The notes under the pieces: generated by a model | What the model was told of the DNA's origin: nothing | Database searches by the model: none | The model's input: the letters and a program-made list of their open reading frames with translations, nothing else | Position numbers and translations under genes: made by a program | In this document: in pieces, positions 16,731 through 24,372 of the stretch | Position numbering within the stretch: position 1 is the stretch's first letter | Layout: every line of letters begins with the position of its first letter | Assembly (NCBI GenBank): GCA_035620895.1 | Contig: DASPFY010000022.1 | Location: 37,892 to 69,891 of the forward strand | DNA: 32,000 nucleotides | Origin: Nitrososphaeraceae archaeon | GTDB lineage: Archaea; Thermoproteota; Nitrososphaeria; Nitrososphaerales; Nitrososphaeraceae | Direction of reading: 5' to 3'

Positions 16731-17036
16731 TCACATTCTCATGGTTTCCTTGCTAATCTGTACCCGTATGATTCTTTTTCCCTGATTGTCATCTACAGCG
16801 TCTAATGTCGTTTGCCAGTTGTTGTTAAATGCGTCTCGTAAAATGTCAAGGATTCCATAATAGACTAAATCATTGACTCCAAAAGTAGCTTGGCCGAATC
16901 TGAATCCGAATCTTGTGCCAGGAAAAGTATCAAGGCTAATGATAAAATTAACATCAAAGAAATCGTTAGATGGTCTACGATCCTGTACTAGAATCGAGGT
17001 TATTTTTCCGGTAAATTGTAGCATTTCTATTCCCAT
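16731..17036 (-). CDS. Hypothetical protein (101 aa), last gene of the M64-propeller operon
   Basis: Same strand as the 260-aa gene and 48 nt downstream of it. No recognised motif. Confidence 0.5.
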   Translation of the reverse strand: MGIEMLQFTGKITSILVQDRRPSNDFFDVNFIISLDTFPGTRFGFRFGQATFGVNDLVYYGILDILRDAFNNNWQTTLDAVDDNQGKRIIRVQISKETMRM

Positions 17037-17084
17037 ATTGTCATTATCACCTCCATTTCTGTCAACATTCGATCACATTCACGC

Positions 17085-17867
17085 TCACGGCGTATAATGC
17101 CTAAAAAGTTCATAAATTTCTGTTTGTGATCGCTGTGAGAGACCGGTTATATCTATTCCTTTTAACCGGGACACTTCATGTAGTTTATTTTTATACTGGT
17201 GAGTAAAAGATTTCTCCCCTATTATTTTATTTATGTGGCTCTTAACTTCGTATAACCCAATTTCTACTTTTGGAAGTAGAGAGATAGACAAATCTTTAGC
17301 AGGGATATCAACATCAAATTCATAACTAGGAAGCTCCACAATGAAATGGCCTTCCTGACCGGGTACTCCATAAGGATTGGGAAAAGATCTGTTAACACCA
17401 ACATCCATTATTGACCCTGACGCGATGCGCCTTGTCGATAAAGTTACTTCATAGGCGTATTCACCATCGATTCTATCTTCTATTATGAGTGGTCCGTCGA
17501 GCTTGTGTACATCAATCAATGTCATTTTTCCATCTTCTACATGTAAAGTTAAGCGAAGATACGCTCCACCTTTCTGTACCGAAGACTTCTGATTTATCTC
17601 CTTAAATTCTGCTGGTCTAGGATACTCGGCAGTAGTGCCCTTACGTCCATTTGTATTGTCTCTGCCTGCTTCTCCATCTCTGTTCTCTGGAATAGGACCC
17701 ATTAACTTTTTGTCGCCTATCGCATGACCAAACCTGTACTTGCCAGTTGGCATGCTTACTATTTTTCGTTCAACAGGTACAAAATAATTTGAGGCTTGCA
17801 TAAAAGAACGAATACTTGGATATTCAATAGCAGGAGATACACTACTTTCTTGTTTTAATTCGGGCAT
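17085..17867 (-). CDS. Hypothetical protein (260 aa), coupled to the M64-propeller gene
   Basis: ATG lies 1 nt after the upstream TGA (TGAAATG). The N-terminal third is G/R/N-rich and looks disordered; the C-terminal two thirds are beta-rich. No signal peptide or known motif. Confidence 0.6.
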   Translation of the reverse strand: MPELKQESSVSPAIEYPSIRSFMQASNYFVPVERKIVSMPTGKYRFGHAIGDKKLMGPIPENRDGEAGRDNTNGRKGTTAEYPRPAEFKEINQKSSVQKGGAYLRLTLHVEDGKMTLIDVHKLDGPLIIEDRIDGEYAYEVTLSTRRIASGSIMDVGVNRSFPNPYGVPGQEGHFIVELPSYEFDVDIPAKDLSISLLPKVEIGLYEVKSHINKIIGEKSFTHQYKNKLHEVSRLKGIDITGLSQRSQTEIYELFRHYTP

Positions 17868-17868
17868 T

Positions 17869-19935
17869 TCACCAATTCCTACCGTACTTATAGTTATGAA
17901 TCCATTTATAATAAATTTTAGATAGTATCAGATCACTGGAGGGGTCAGTGCGAATCATGCCCAACCAGTCTTGCTTATGAACAATCAGGTCCCGTTTACC
18001 TGGTAGGCCCTCATAGTCACAGGGCTCAAACATATCATCAAATCCTAAAATCCATTCTCCAATTCTATCCTCCTTCAAAAAAGGAAGTAAAGCATTCCCA
18101 CTTGAGACCATACATCCAAAATATTTATGTGACCAATCTACAAAATTAAAAGCGAAAAGATCGTATTTTCCATCACCATTAACGTCGGAAACATAATAAT
18201 TATCGTTCTTACGCATCTGCCATCGAGAAATATTACCATCATAGCGCTTAGTCATGGAAAGATCACTACCGGAAGATCTCATCATACCAAGATAAGCGAT
18301 GGCCCAGCCCCTTCCGTTGAAAACGAAGAGATCATCTTTACCATCTCCATCAAAGTCTCCTACATAATGTCGATCCTGGGGTTTCATTTGCCAGCTAGGC
18401 ATGTTAGCATCGAACCTCCTTGCCACTGAAAGACTAGTTCCATTAGACCTCACCATACCCAAATAAGGAATGGACCAATCAGTTCCGTTGAAAACGAAGA
18501 GATCATCTTTACCATCTCCATCAAAGTCTCCTACATAATGTCGATCCTGGGGTTTCATTCGCCAGCCAGGTATGTTCCCATCATACCGTTGTACAATGGA
18601 GAGGCTAGAGCCATTTGATTTAATCATAGCAAGATACGGTATGGCCCATTGGTTTCCATTGAATATGAAGAGATCTTTTTTAGCATCACCATCAAAGTCT
18701 CCTACATAGAACTTGTCGGACCTCTGAAATGGCCAACCCGGCATACCATCATCATATCGAACTACTAACCTTAGACCATTGCTGCCGTCATCCATTAATA
18801 GCCCTAATATCTCAATTGCCCAGTCAAGGTTGTTATAAATCAGTACCTCATCCTTACCATCTCCATTGAAATCTCCTACATAGAACTGGTCGTTGGGTTG
18901 AAAATACCACGAACCAGGCACAAATAGCACGGCACTAAAAATCAAATCAAGCTTAGCGCCATCGGACCTATAGATAAGTATAGAGTTACCGTTATGAACT
19001 AACAGATCATCCTTACCATCACCGTTAAAGTCACCTGTGTAACATTTGAGAAACGAATGGCCAGTGTAGGCGTGCATTCTGGTTTTTAGCTGAGTATAGC
19101 ATATAGGACAGTAGGGGGGCCAATTTTCACGCATACGACAATTTATAACAGGACGAAAGACACCCCGGTCATAAGTACTACCTCCTTCAAACAATCCGAC
19201 GTCCTGACTGTCGCTCCAGCCAGGAGGTCTCGTACCTTGGTTATAGCCAGCACAGCTTCCGAGACCAGTAGGTATGGGAGTTGTATTATTAATGAACTTA
19301 TTCCATTTTATGGTAGCTAGGTTAGTGTTAACTGTTGCATTAGAGCGTGAAGGTTCTCCAAAAGTCCAAGTTCTTGATCGACAGTATTCATCCGCAAGAT
19401 CACCGGCTGCATGACCAAACTCATGCGCCATAACATTCCAAGGGCCCCCTAGAGTAACTACCTGGTGTCCATCCCATGCTTTTCCCCCCCAACCTGTCTC
19501 GTTTAGAATAATAACAACTAAATGTCGATTAGGCACCCACGTGTTCAAAACATCCCGGACTCGGCTAAGCGTGTCCGCACTATCATCAATCCAAAAGTGT
19601 ATCCAAGAGCCATTATATATATACCTCAGCGCCGTGTCCTTCATGGTGGTACTTACGATTGTGTCATCTGACGGATCATTAGGAGTGCCGTGTTCGTCAT
19701 ACACCCGTTTACTTACACCAGACTCATTTGAAATGAGGTTAACCCTATAGATATTGAAAGCCTGCATATCTTCATAAAAGTAATCATGCCCGAAAACTCC
19801 ATCCAATAGCAGTTCCTTAACTTTATTGTTGTATGTTGTTTGATCAGCCTCTGCGAAACCGTCTCCAAGGACGGCAATGTTTCGCTTTGTGCCAGGAGGT
19901 CCTGAGTTAAGGATCTGAGTTACGCTGTCAACCAC
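17869..19935 (-). CDS. Peptidase M64 (IgA-peptidase-like zinc metalloprotease) fused to a 7-bladed FG-GAP/VCBS beta-propeller
   Basis: 688 aa. 'KRNIAVLGDGF...' together with 'VMAHEFGHAAGDLADEY' (HExxH plus downstream E) fits the M64 family as I know it. Seven repeats follow, of type 'YVGDF(D/N)GDGKDDLFVFNG'. The start is GTG and overlaps the upstream stop by 1 nt. There is no N-terminal hydrophobic segment. Confidence 0.85.
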   Translation of the reverse strand: MVDSVTQILNSGPPGTKRNIAVLGDGFAEADQTTYNNKVKELLLDGVFGHDYFYEDMQAFNIYRVNLISNESGVSKRVYDEHGTPNDPSDDTIVSTTMKDTALRYIYNGSWIHFWIDDSADTLSRVRDVLNTWVPNRHLVVIILNETGWGGKAWDGHQVVTLGGPWNVMAHEFGHAAGDLADEYCRSRTWTFGEPSRSNATVNTNLATIKWNKFINNTTPIPTGLGSCAGYNQGTRPPGWSDSQDVGLFEGGSTYDRGVFRPVINCRMRENWPPYCPICYTQLKTRMHAYTGHSFLKCYTGDFNGDGKDDLLVHNGNSILIYRSDGAKLDLIFSAVLFVPGSWYFQPNDQFYVGDFNGDGKDEVLIYNNLDWAIEILGLLMDDGSNGLRLVVRYDDGMPGWPFQRSDKFYVGDFDGDAKKDLFIFNGNQWAIPYLAMIKSNGSSLSIVQRYDGNIPGWRMKPQDRHYVGDFDGDGKDDLFVFNGTDWSIPYLGMVRSNGTSLSVARRFDANMPSWQMKPQDRHYVGDFDGDGKDDLFVFNGRGWAIAYLGMMRSSGSDLSMTKRYDGNISRWQMRKNDNYYVSDVNGDGKYDLFAFNFVDWSHKYFGCMVSSGNALLPFLKEDRIGEWILGFDDMFEPCDYEGLPGKRDLIVHKQDWLGMIRTDPSSDLILSKIYYKWIHNYKYGRNW

Positions 19936-20075
19936 TACTTCTTACCAACCAATTGATCTTCTATAAATTGAATCGAACCATCATCTTTTTCTTTCAGTTT
20001 TGGAAACAGAACGTCGCTTATCCCTTTTCCTACTGGCTGATCATAATCCTCTGGATTTGCATTTACTTCTGACAT
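19935..20075 (-). CDS. Small acidic protein (46 aa from ATG 20075), first gene of the operon
   Basis: MSEVNANPEDYDQPVGKGISDVLFPKLKEKDDGSIQFIEDQLVGKK*. Its stop overlaps the GTG of the M64 gene (TAGTG). The track's 65-aa version starts at TTG 20132. Confidence 0.4.
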   Translation of the reverse strand: MSEVNANPEDYDQPVGKGISDVLFPKLKEKDDGSIQFIEDQLVGKK

Positions 20076-20534
20076 AATGATAGTCCTCTTTTCATGAAAA
20101 AGAATTTTATGGGCTGTATCTCGGACAAACAATTAATTTTGTTTACATCTTTCTTGATCTCCCGTTTTATTCTTTTATTTTTACCATTCTTAAATTGATT
20201 TTTCACTACATTTTTTTAAATATTACAGTTTATATGCATTTAGTACTGATCAATAACTGATCATACAATAAGCAATGTTTAATATCCACTTCCTTTCGAA
20301 CGAAGGAAATGAAAATCGTTACTTCATGCAGAAAAGGAGTTCTCTAAGTATGGTAATGCGAGTAGATAATATCAAGTGATCGAATATTCACAATTTGCGG
20401 TTGATAAGTAACCACCGATTATTCTTCTATTACAGTTCCTACCGGATGAAAATTTCCGACTGTTGGGGGGACCTATTTCCTGGACTGTGGCAACGGTACT
20501 GAGTTTCGACTAAATATCAGCCATATCTCCTCAT

Positions 20535-20563
20535 TTGGATCCGAATTGTTAACAATGCGTATC
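20535..20563 (+). repeat. att-like repeat C1 (left copy)
   Basis: 'ttggatccgaattgttaacaat' (20535..20556) is identical to 23043..23064, and 5 of the next 7 nt also match. It contains the near-palindrome AATTGTTAACAAT. Confidence 0.7.
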
Positions 20564-20618
20564 TCTCTAGATAGCATCCCAATTGTTAACTATCCAATTG
20601 ACTACGATCTTATTTGTA

Positions 20619-20662
20619 AACACTGTAGTGGTAACGCTAAAACACTGTAGTGGTAACGCTAA
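20619..20662. repeat. Perfect 22-bp tandem duplication (aacactgtagtggtaacgctaa x2)
   Basis: 20619..20640 equals 20641..20662 exactly. It lies in the 720-bp divergent intergenic region. Confidence 0.9.
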
Positions 20663-20853
20663 ACAAATTTAAAATCCTTCAATACCTTTGTATATAATAG
20701 TCACAATTGAAACTGCTTTTTTATTTACTTATTTACTCTACAGTACCAATATCTTACAATATAAGAAAATAAGTATAAACGTGATACAGTTATGATGTTT
20801 GAGACTGTATTGTATAAGGATACATTATTATTTAATGATCACTATCACGTTCT

Positions 20854-22950
20854 ATGCTATCTATACATAAAAGGAAAGAAATTGTTCAACAGAATATGGA
20901 TCCCAAAATCAACCCTCAATACAAACAAAATTATCCGTTTAGAAAGAAGAAATCTGATTTTCATTTCAATGCTAAGTTAAGAGATTATTTTATGCTCTTT
21001 AGTTTTTTTTGCATTTTCTTACCAACCGGGATGCTTCTGGGATTAGAAACCAATTATGTCTTTGGTCAAATAGAGAACAATTTGATAAACGAGACAGATA
21101 AAAATAATAGTTCTATTTCATTTTCCAATTTCACTTCACCCTCACATTCAGACAGAATACCCTTTGTTAGTAACAAATCAAACGAGAACAGTAGTGCACC
21201 TCAAGCTAATCAATCAAGCATTGAATTGAGTTCAGATTCAAGTTCCCAGTCAGGTGGTCGATCGAGCTCTAAAGCCAACGGTGATTTTAATGGTGACGGA
21301 TTTGATGATCTTGCTATTGGAGTAGCTTTAGAAGATGTGGATATAGCAGGCGGAAGTCTACTCAATGCGGGTGCGGTCAATGTCATATATGGCTCTTCAA
21401 ATGGACTGAATGCTACATCGCCTATACCAAATCAGTTCTGGACGCAGGATAATGTATCTGGTATTTCAGAATTTCGTGATAGATTCGGTGAATCACTAAG
21501 CTCTGGGGACTTTAACCGTGATGGATTTGATGATCTTGCTATTGGAGTAACTTTAGAAGATGTACAAACTGTTCACGGAGGACCGACTATAGAGGATGCG
21601 GGTGCGGTCAATGTCATATATGGCTCTTCAAATGGACTGAATGCTACATCGCCTATACCAAATCAGTTCTGGACGCAGAATAAAGTGGGTGGTTTTCCTG
21701 GAACGAGCGAATTTTTCGGTACGTCTCTTGCCTCAGGTGACTTTAATGGTGATGCCCTTGACGATCTTGCTATTGGAGTACCGGATGAAGACGTGGTTCG
21801 AGCTGGATTAACTAGAGATAATGCAGGAGCAATTAATGTCATATACGGTTCTTCAAATGGTCTATCAGCCACATCGACTAGACCAAGTCAGTTCTGGACA
21901 CAGGATACCGCAGATGTAGACGATTATTCAGATGAAGATGATAAGTTCGGTGAATTTCTCACGTCAGGTGACTTTAATCACGATGCTATTGATGATCTTG
22001 CTATTGGAGTACCGGATGAAGATTTTGCTCCGGGCCCTAATGCAGGCAGCAATCTAACTAATGACGGTATCATGCAAGTGATCTACGGTTCTGCTGAGGG
22101 TCTGTCAGCTACTTTAGTGAGAGAAGATCAAAGGTGGAGTCAGAGCTTCACAGATATAGAAGATTTTGCCGAACAATATGATGGCTTCGGTTCAGCTCTC
22201 GCCACTGGTGATTTTAATGGTGATGCTATAGATGATCTTGCCATTGGAGTATCAGGCGAAAGTGTAAACACGAGCGGAGGAACTATAGTTAGGGCCGGTG
22301 CAGTCAATGTGATACATGGCTCTTCAATGGGCCTATCTGCTACATCACCCATACCAAATCAGTTTTGGACACAAGCTACCGCAGGTGTAGATGAACTTCC
22401 AGATGAAGGTGATTTGTTCGGCTTATCTCTTGCATCTGGTGACTTCAATAATGATAGTATGGACGATCTTGTTATTGGAGTACCGGATGAAAGCGTGAAT
22501 ACGGGAAGCCATATAATAGTTCATAGTTATGGCGCAGTCAATGTCATATATGGCTCATCGGCCGGCTTGTCAACTGACGCATTGTCACCAGGTGATGGTA
22601 GAGCTGCTCAGCTGTGGACGCAGAATTCTACAAATGTAGATGATGTTCCAGAGGATGAGGATTTTTTCGGTAGATACCTCAAGACCGGTGATTTTAATGG
22701 TGATGCTGTTGATGATCTTGTTATTGGAGCACATGGGGAAGGAAATTATGTATCAGGAGTACTTGTAAATGATGCAGGTGCAATCAATGTGATATATGGC
22801 TCAGTCGGCATCGCCATCGGCTCAGGCGGCCTGAGTGCTACGGTTCCACTTGGTGGTATCGGACGAGATGATCAGTTTTGGACACAGGATACAGAAGATG
22901 TAGAAGATCATTTAGAATTTAATGACTATTTCGGCAGGCCAGTCGCGTAA
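20854..22950 (+). CDS. Secreted or membrane-anchored integrin-alpha-like FG-GAP repeat protein (7 repeats)
   Basis: 698 aa. Hydrophobic segment 'MLFSFFCIFLPTGMLLGL' (ATG 20992 would make it an N-terminal signal peptide). An S/N-rich linker precedes 7 units of 'FG..L.SGDFNGD..DDLAIGVP.E......AGAVNVIYGS..GL'. The last FG at the extreme C-terminus closes the propeller. Confidence 0.85.
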   Translation: MLSIHKRKEIVQQNMDPKINPQYKQNYPFRKKKSDFHFNAKLRDYFMLFSFFCIFLPTGMLLGLETNYVFGQIENNLINETDKNNSSISFSNFTSPSHSDRIPFVSNKSNENSSAPQANQSSIELSSDSSSQSGGRSSSKANGDFNGDGFDDLAIGVALEDVDIAGGSLLNAGAVNVIYGSSNGLNATSPIPNQFWTQDNVSGISEFRDRFGESLSSGDFNRDGFDDLAIGVTLEDVQTVHGGPTIEDAGAVNVIYGSSNGLNATSPIPNQFWTQNKVGGFPGTSEFFGTSLASGDFNGDALDDLAIGVPDEDVVRAGLTRDNAGAINVIYGSSNGLSATSTRPSQFWTQDTADVDDYSDEDDKFGEFLTSGDFNHDAIDDLAIGVPDEDFAPGPNAGSNLTNDGIMQVIYGSAEGLSATLVREDQRWSQSFTDIEDFAEQYDGFGSALATGDFNGDAIDDLAIGVSGESVNTSGGTIVRAGAVNVIHGSSMGLSATSPIPNQFWTQATAGVDELPDEGDLFGLSLASGDFNNDSMDDLVIGVPDESVNTGSHIIVHSYGAVNVIYGSSAGLSTDALSPGDGRAAQLWTQNSTNVDDVPEDEDFFGRYLKTGDFNGDAVDDLVIGAHGEGNYVSGVLVNDAGAINVIYGSVGIAIGSGGLSATVPLGGIGRDDQFWTQDTEDVEDHLEFNDYFGRPVA

Positions 22951-23042
22951 TCATTTCTAGTTAAATTCTGATTTTGATAATTACGTAACTATTCTCATGA
23001 ACATTTAATCTCAATTTCTTTCTTTAAGTCAAATAACTCTAA

Positions 23043-23082
23043 TTGGATCCGAATTGTTAACAATCCGCATCCCGACGGGCCC
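23043..23082 (+). repeat. att-like repeat C2 (right copy) fused to a 14-nt copy of the tRNA-Lys 3' end
   Basis: 'ttggatccgaattgttaacaatccgcatcccgacgggccc'. 23069..23082 is identical to tRNA-Lys 14920..14933, and 23046..23078 matches remnant D at 28/33. Confidence 0.7.
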
Positions 23083-23152
23083 TCGCTAAACTTGTCCCTT
23101 TAAGCTACAAAGTATAAAAAGCAATTAAAACTATCTAATACTCACTGTTAGA

Positions 23153-23866
23153 ATGCCATTTGATGATATAATGAACTATTACGCGATTCTAGGAGTATCA
23201 CAATATGCAAAATATAGAGAAATTAAAGCCGCCTACAGACGTCTAGCTTTGAAATATCATCCAGATAGGAATAGTTCGCCTGTTTCTGAAAATAGTATTA
23301 AAATAATAAATGTGGCCTTTGAAGTTCTTTCAGATAAAGATAAAAGGAAACAATATGATGAGAAGTTGGTTAGCAGCATTATATCACATAGGAAAAATGA
23401 TCTTCCAAATCATATCGCAAATTTTTCAAAAGGATTATCACATAATAATGCGACAAGAGAGGTAGATCCTACAGCATATTCAACATATGAAACAGCATTA
23501 CAGAATGCATTAAACACCAGAAGTTCCGCACAATTTGAAACTGTTCAATTAGGGGTTCCAAATGGTAGGAAACTTGTAAATCCTTCAGCGGGATTATCAT
23601 TTGACCTAGAAGGACCAGATAGTCATCATGTGACCATTCCCAAAGCCCCGAGGATCGATAATATAGAGGGAGCAGCGGAAATGGCTGAACTGTATTGGAT
23701 GGCATTGCTTCGTGATATAAATTTCACAGATTACGATGAGAAAGATGAAGTTGAAGAAGCGGTTAATGCACTGAATAATGAATTCTCGGCATATCCTAAT
23801 TGGCCTAAAGCTAGTGGTGGAAATATGCTTAAATCAATATCAACCAGCTTATTGAAAGGAACTTAA
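23153..23866 (+). CDS. J-domain protein fused to the N-terminal region of a vanadium-haloperoxidase / PAP2-like protein (catalytic domain absent)
   Basis: 237 aa. 'NYYAILGVSQYAKYREIKAAYRRLALKYHPDRN...FEVLSDKDKRKQYD' is a complete J-domain with HPD. 'IANFSKGLSHN...VNPSAGLSFDLEGPDSHHVTIPKAPRIDNIEGAAEMAELYWMALLRDINFTDY' matches the conserved N-terminal helical region of bacterial vanadium chloroperoxidase-like proteins (from memory). The ORF stops before the PAP2 catalytic half. Confidence 0.7.
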   Translation: MPFDDIMNYYAILGVSQYAKYREIKAAYRRLALKYHPDRNSSPVSENSIKIINVAFEVLSDKDKRKQYDEKLVSSIISHRKNDLPNHIANFSKGLSHNNATREVDPTAYSTYETALQNALNTRSSAQFETVQLGVPNGRKLVNPSAGLSFDLEGPDSHHVTIPKAPRIDNIEGAAEMAELYWMALLRDINFTDYDEKDEVEEAVNALNNEFSAYPNWPKASGGNMLKSISTSLLKGT

Positions 23867-23892
23867 CTTACTTAGGTAAAGAGATTTATGGC

Positions 23893-24102
23893 ATGAAAAG
23901 AGAGAAACTAATCACCGCTGTGATAATATTTTGCTTTTTCGGTGGTTTGGTAGGAGGTCCTGTGGCTAGCCTATTTGACTATAATGGATCCCCTGAAGAA
24001 CGATTTAGACTTTTGATTATTCCAGAATTTATTGGATTTATCAGTGCAGGTTTTCTGGTTTATTACGGAAAATCTGTTAAAAAAAGGACAGGTAGCTCCT
24101 GA
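23893..24102 (+). CDS. Small two-TM membrane protein (69 aa)
   Basis: Two hydrophobic helices ('LITAVIIFCFFGGLVGGPVASL', 'LLIIPEFIGFISAGFLVYY') and a basic C-terminus. Confidence 0.45.
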   Translation: MKREKLITAVIIFCFFGGLVGGPVASLFDYNGSPEERFRLLIIPEFIGFISAGFLVYYGKSVKKRTGSS

Positions 24103-24372
24103 AAAGGTGCTTTATTGAATTGGATATGAAATATTGTATAAAGAATGCATCCGAACTTATAATTGCCGTTTCATGTTATTTTCATATACAACTTATTGCC
24201 ACTCCTCCAGAATATGCTTGTTCATGCCCTCGGACATATACCAGCATTGCCATTCCATTGACCATAACAAAATTTGGAGTTGTTACATTAGTACAAATAA
24301 TTTGTTGATACCAATTATGTGGAAAGATTAAACTAAATAAAACGATTAATCTGTTATGAGCACAAGATAGAA

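Noticed and set aside
20440-20469. Possible extra degenerate tRNA-Lys fragment ('taccgga' plus 'ttccgactgttggggg' versus tRNA 'atccggctgtctcggg', 11/16)
   Set aside because: The match is short, gapped and lacks the T-arm/acceptor part, so it is too weak to count as a further att remnant.
20619-20662. 22-bp tandem repeat as a mini-CRISPR array
   Set aside because: The two copies are directly adjacent with no spacers, and no cas genes are present. It is not a CRISPR array.
20792-20980. ORF 20792..20980(+) upstream of and overlapping the FG-GAP gene
   Set aside because: It overlaps the better-supported 20854 frame and has AT-rich skewed composition with no motifs.
24120-24331. Two overlapping plus-strand ORFs, and a minus-strand string 'VNGMAMLVYVRGHEQAY' faintly reminiscent of GMC oxidoreductases
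   Set aside because: The ORFs overlap each other in different frames and are Cys/Ile-rich. The GMC-like string is short, and the flanking motifs are in the wrong order. I treated the resemblance as chance.
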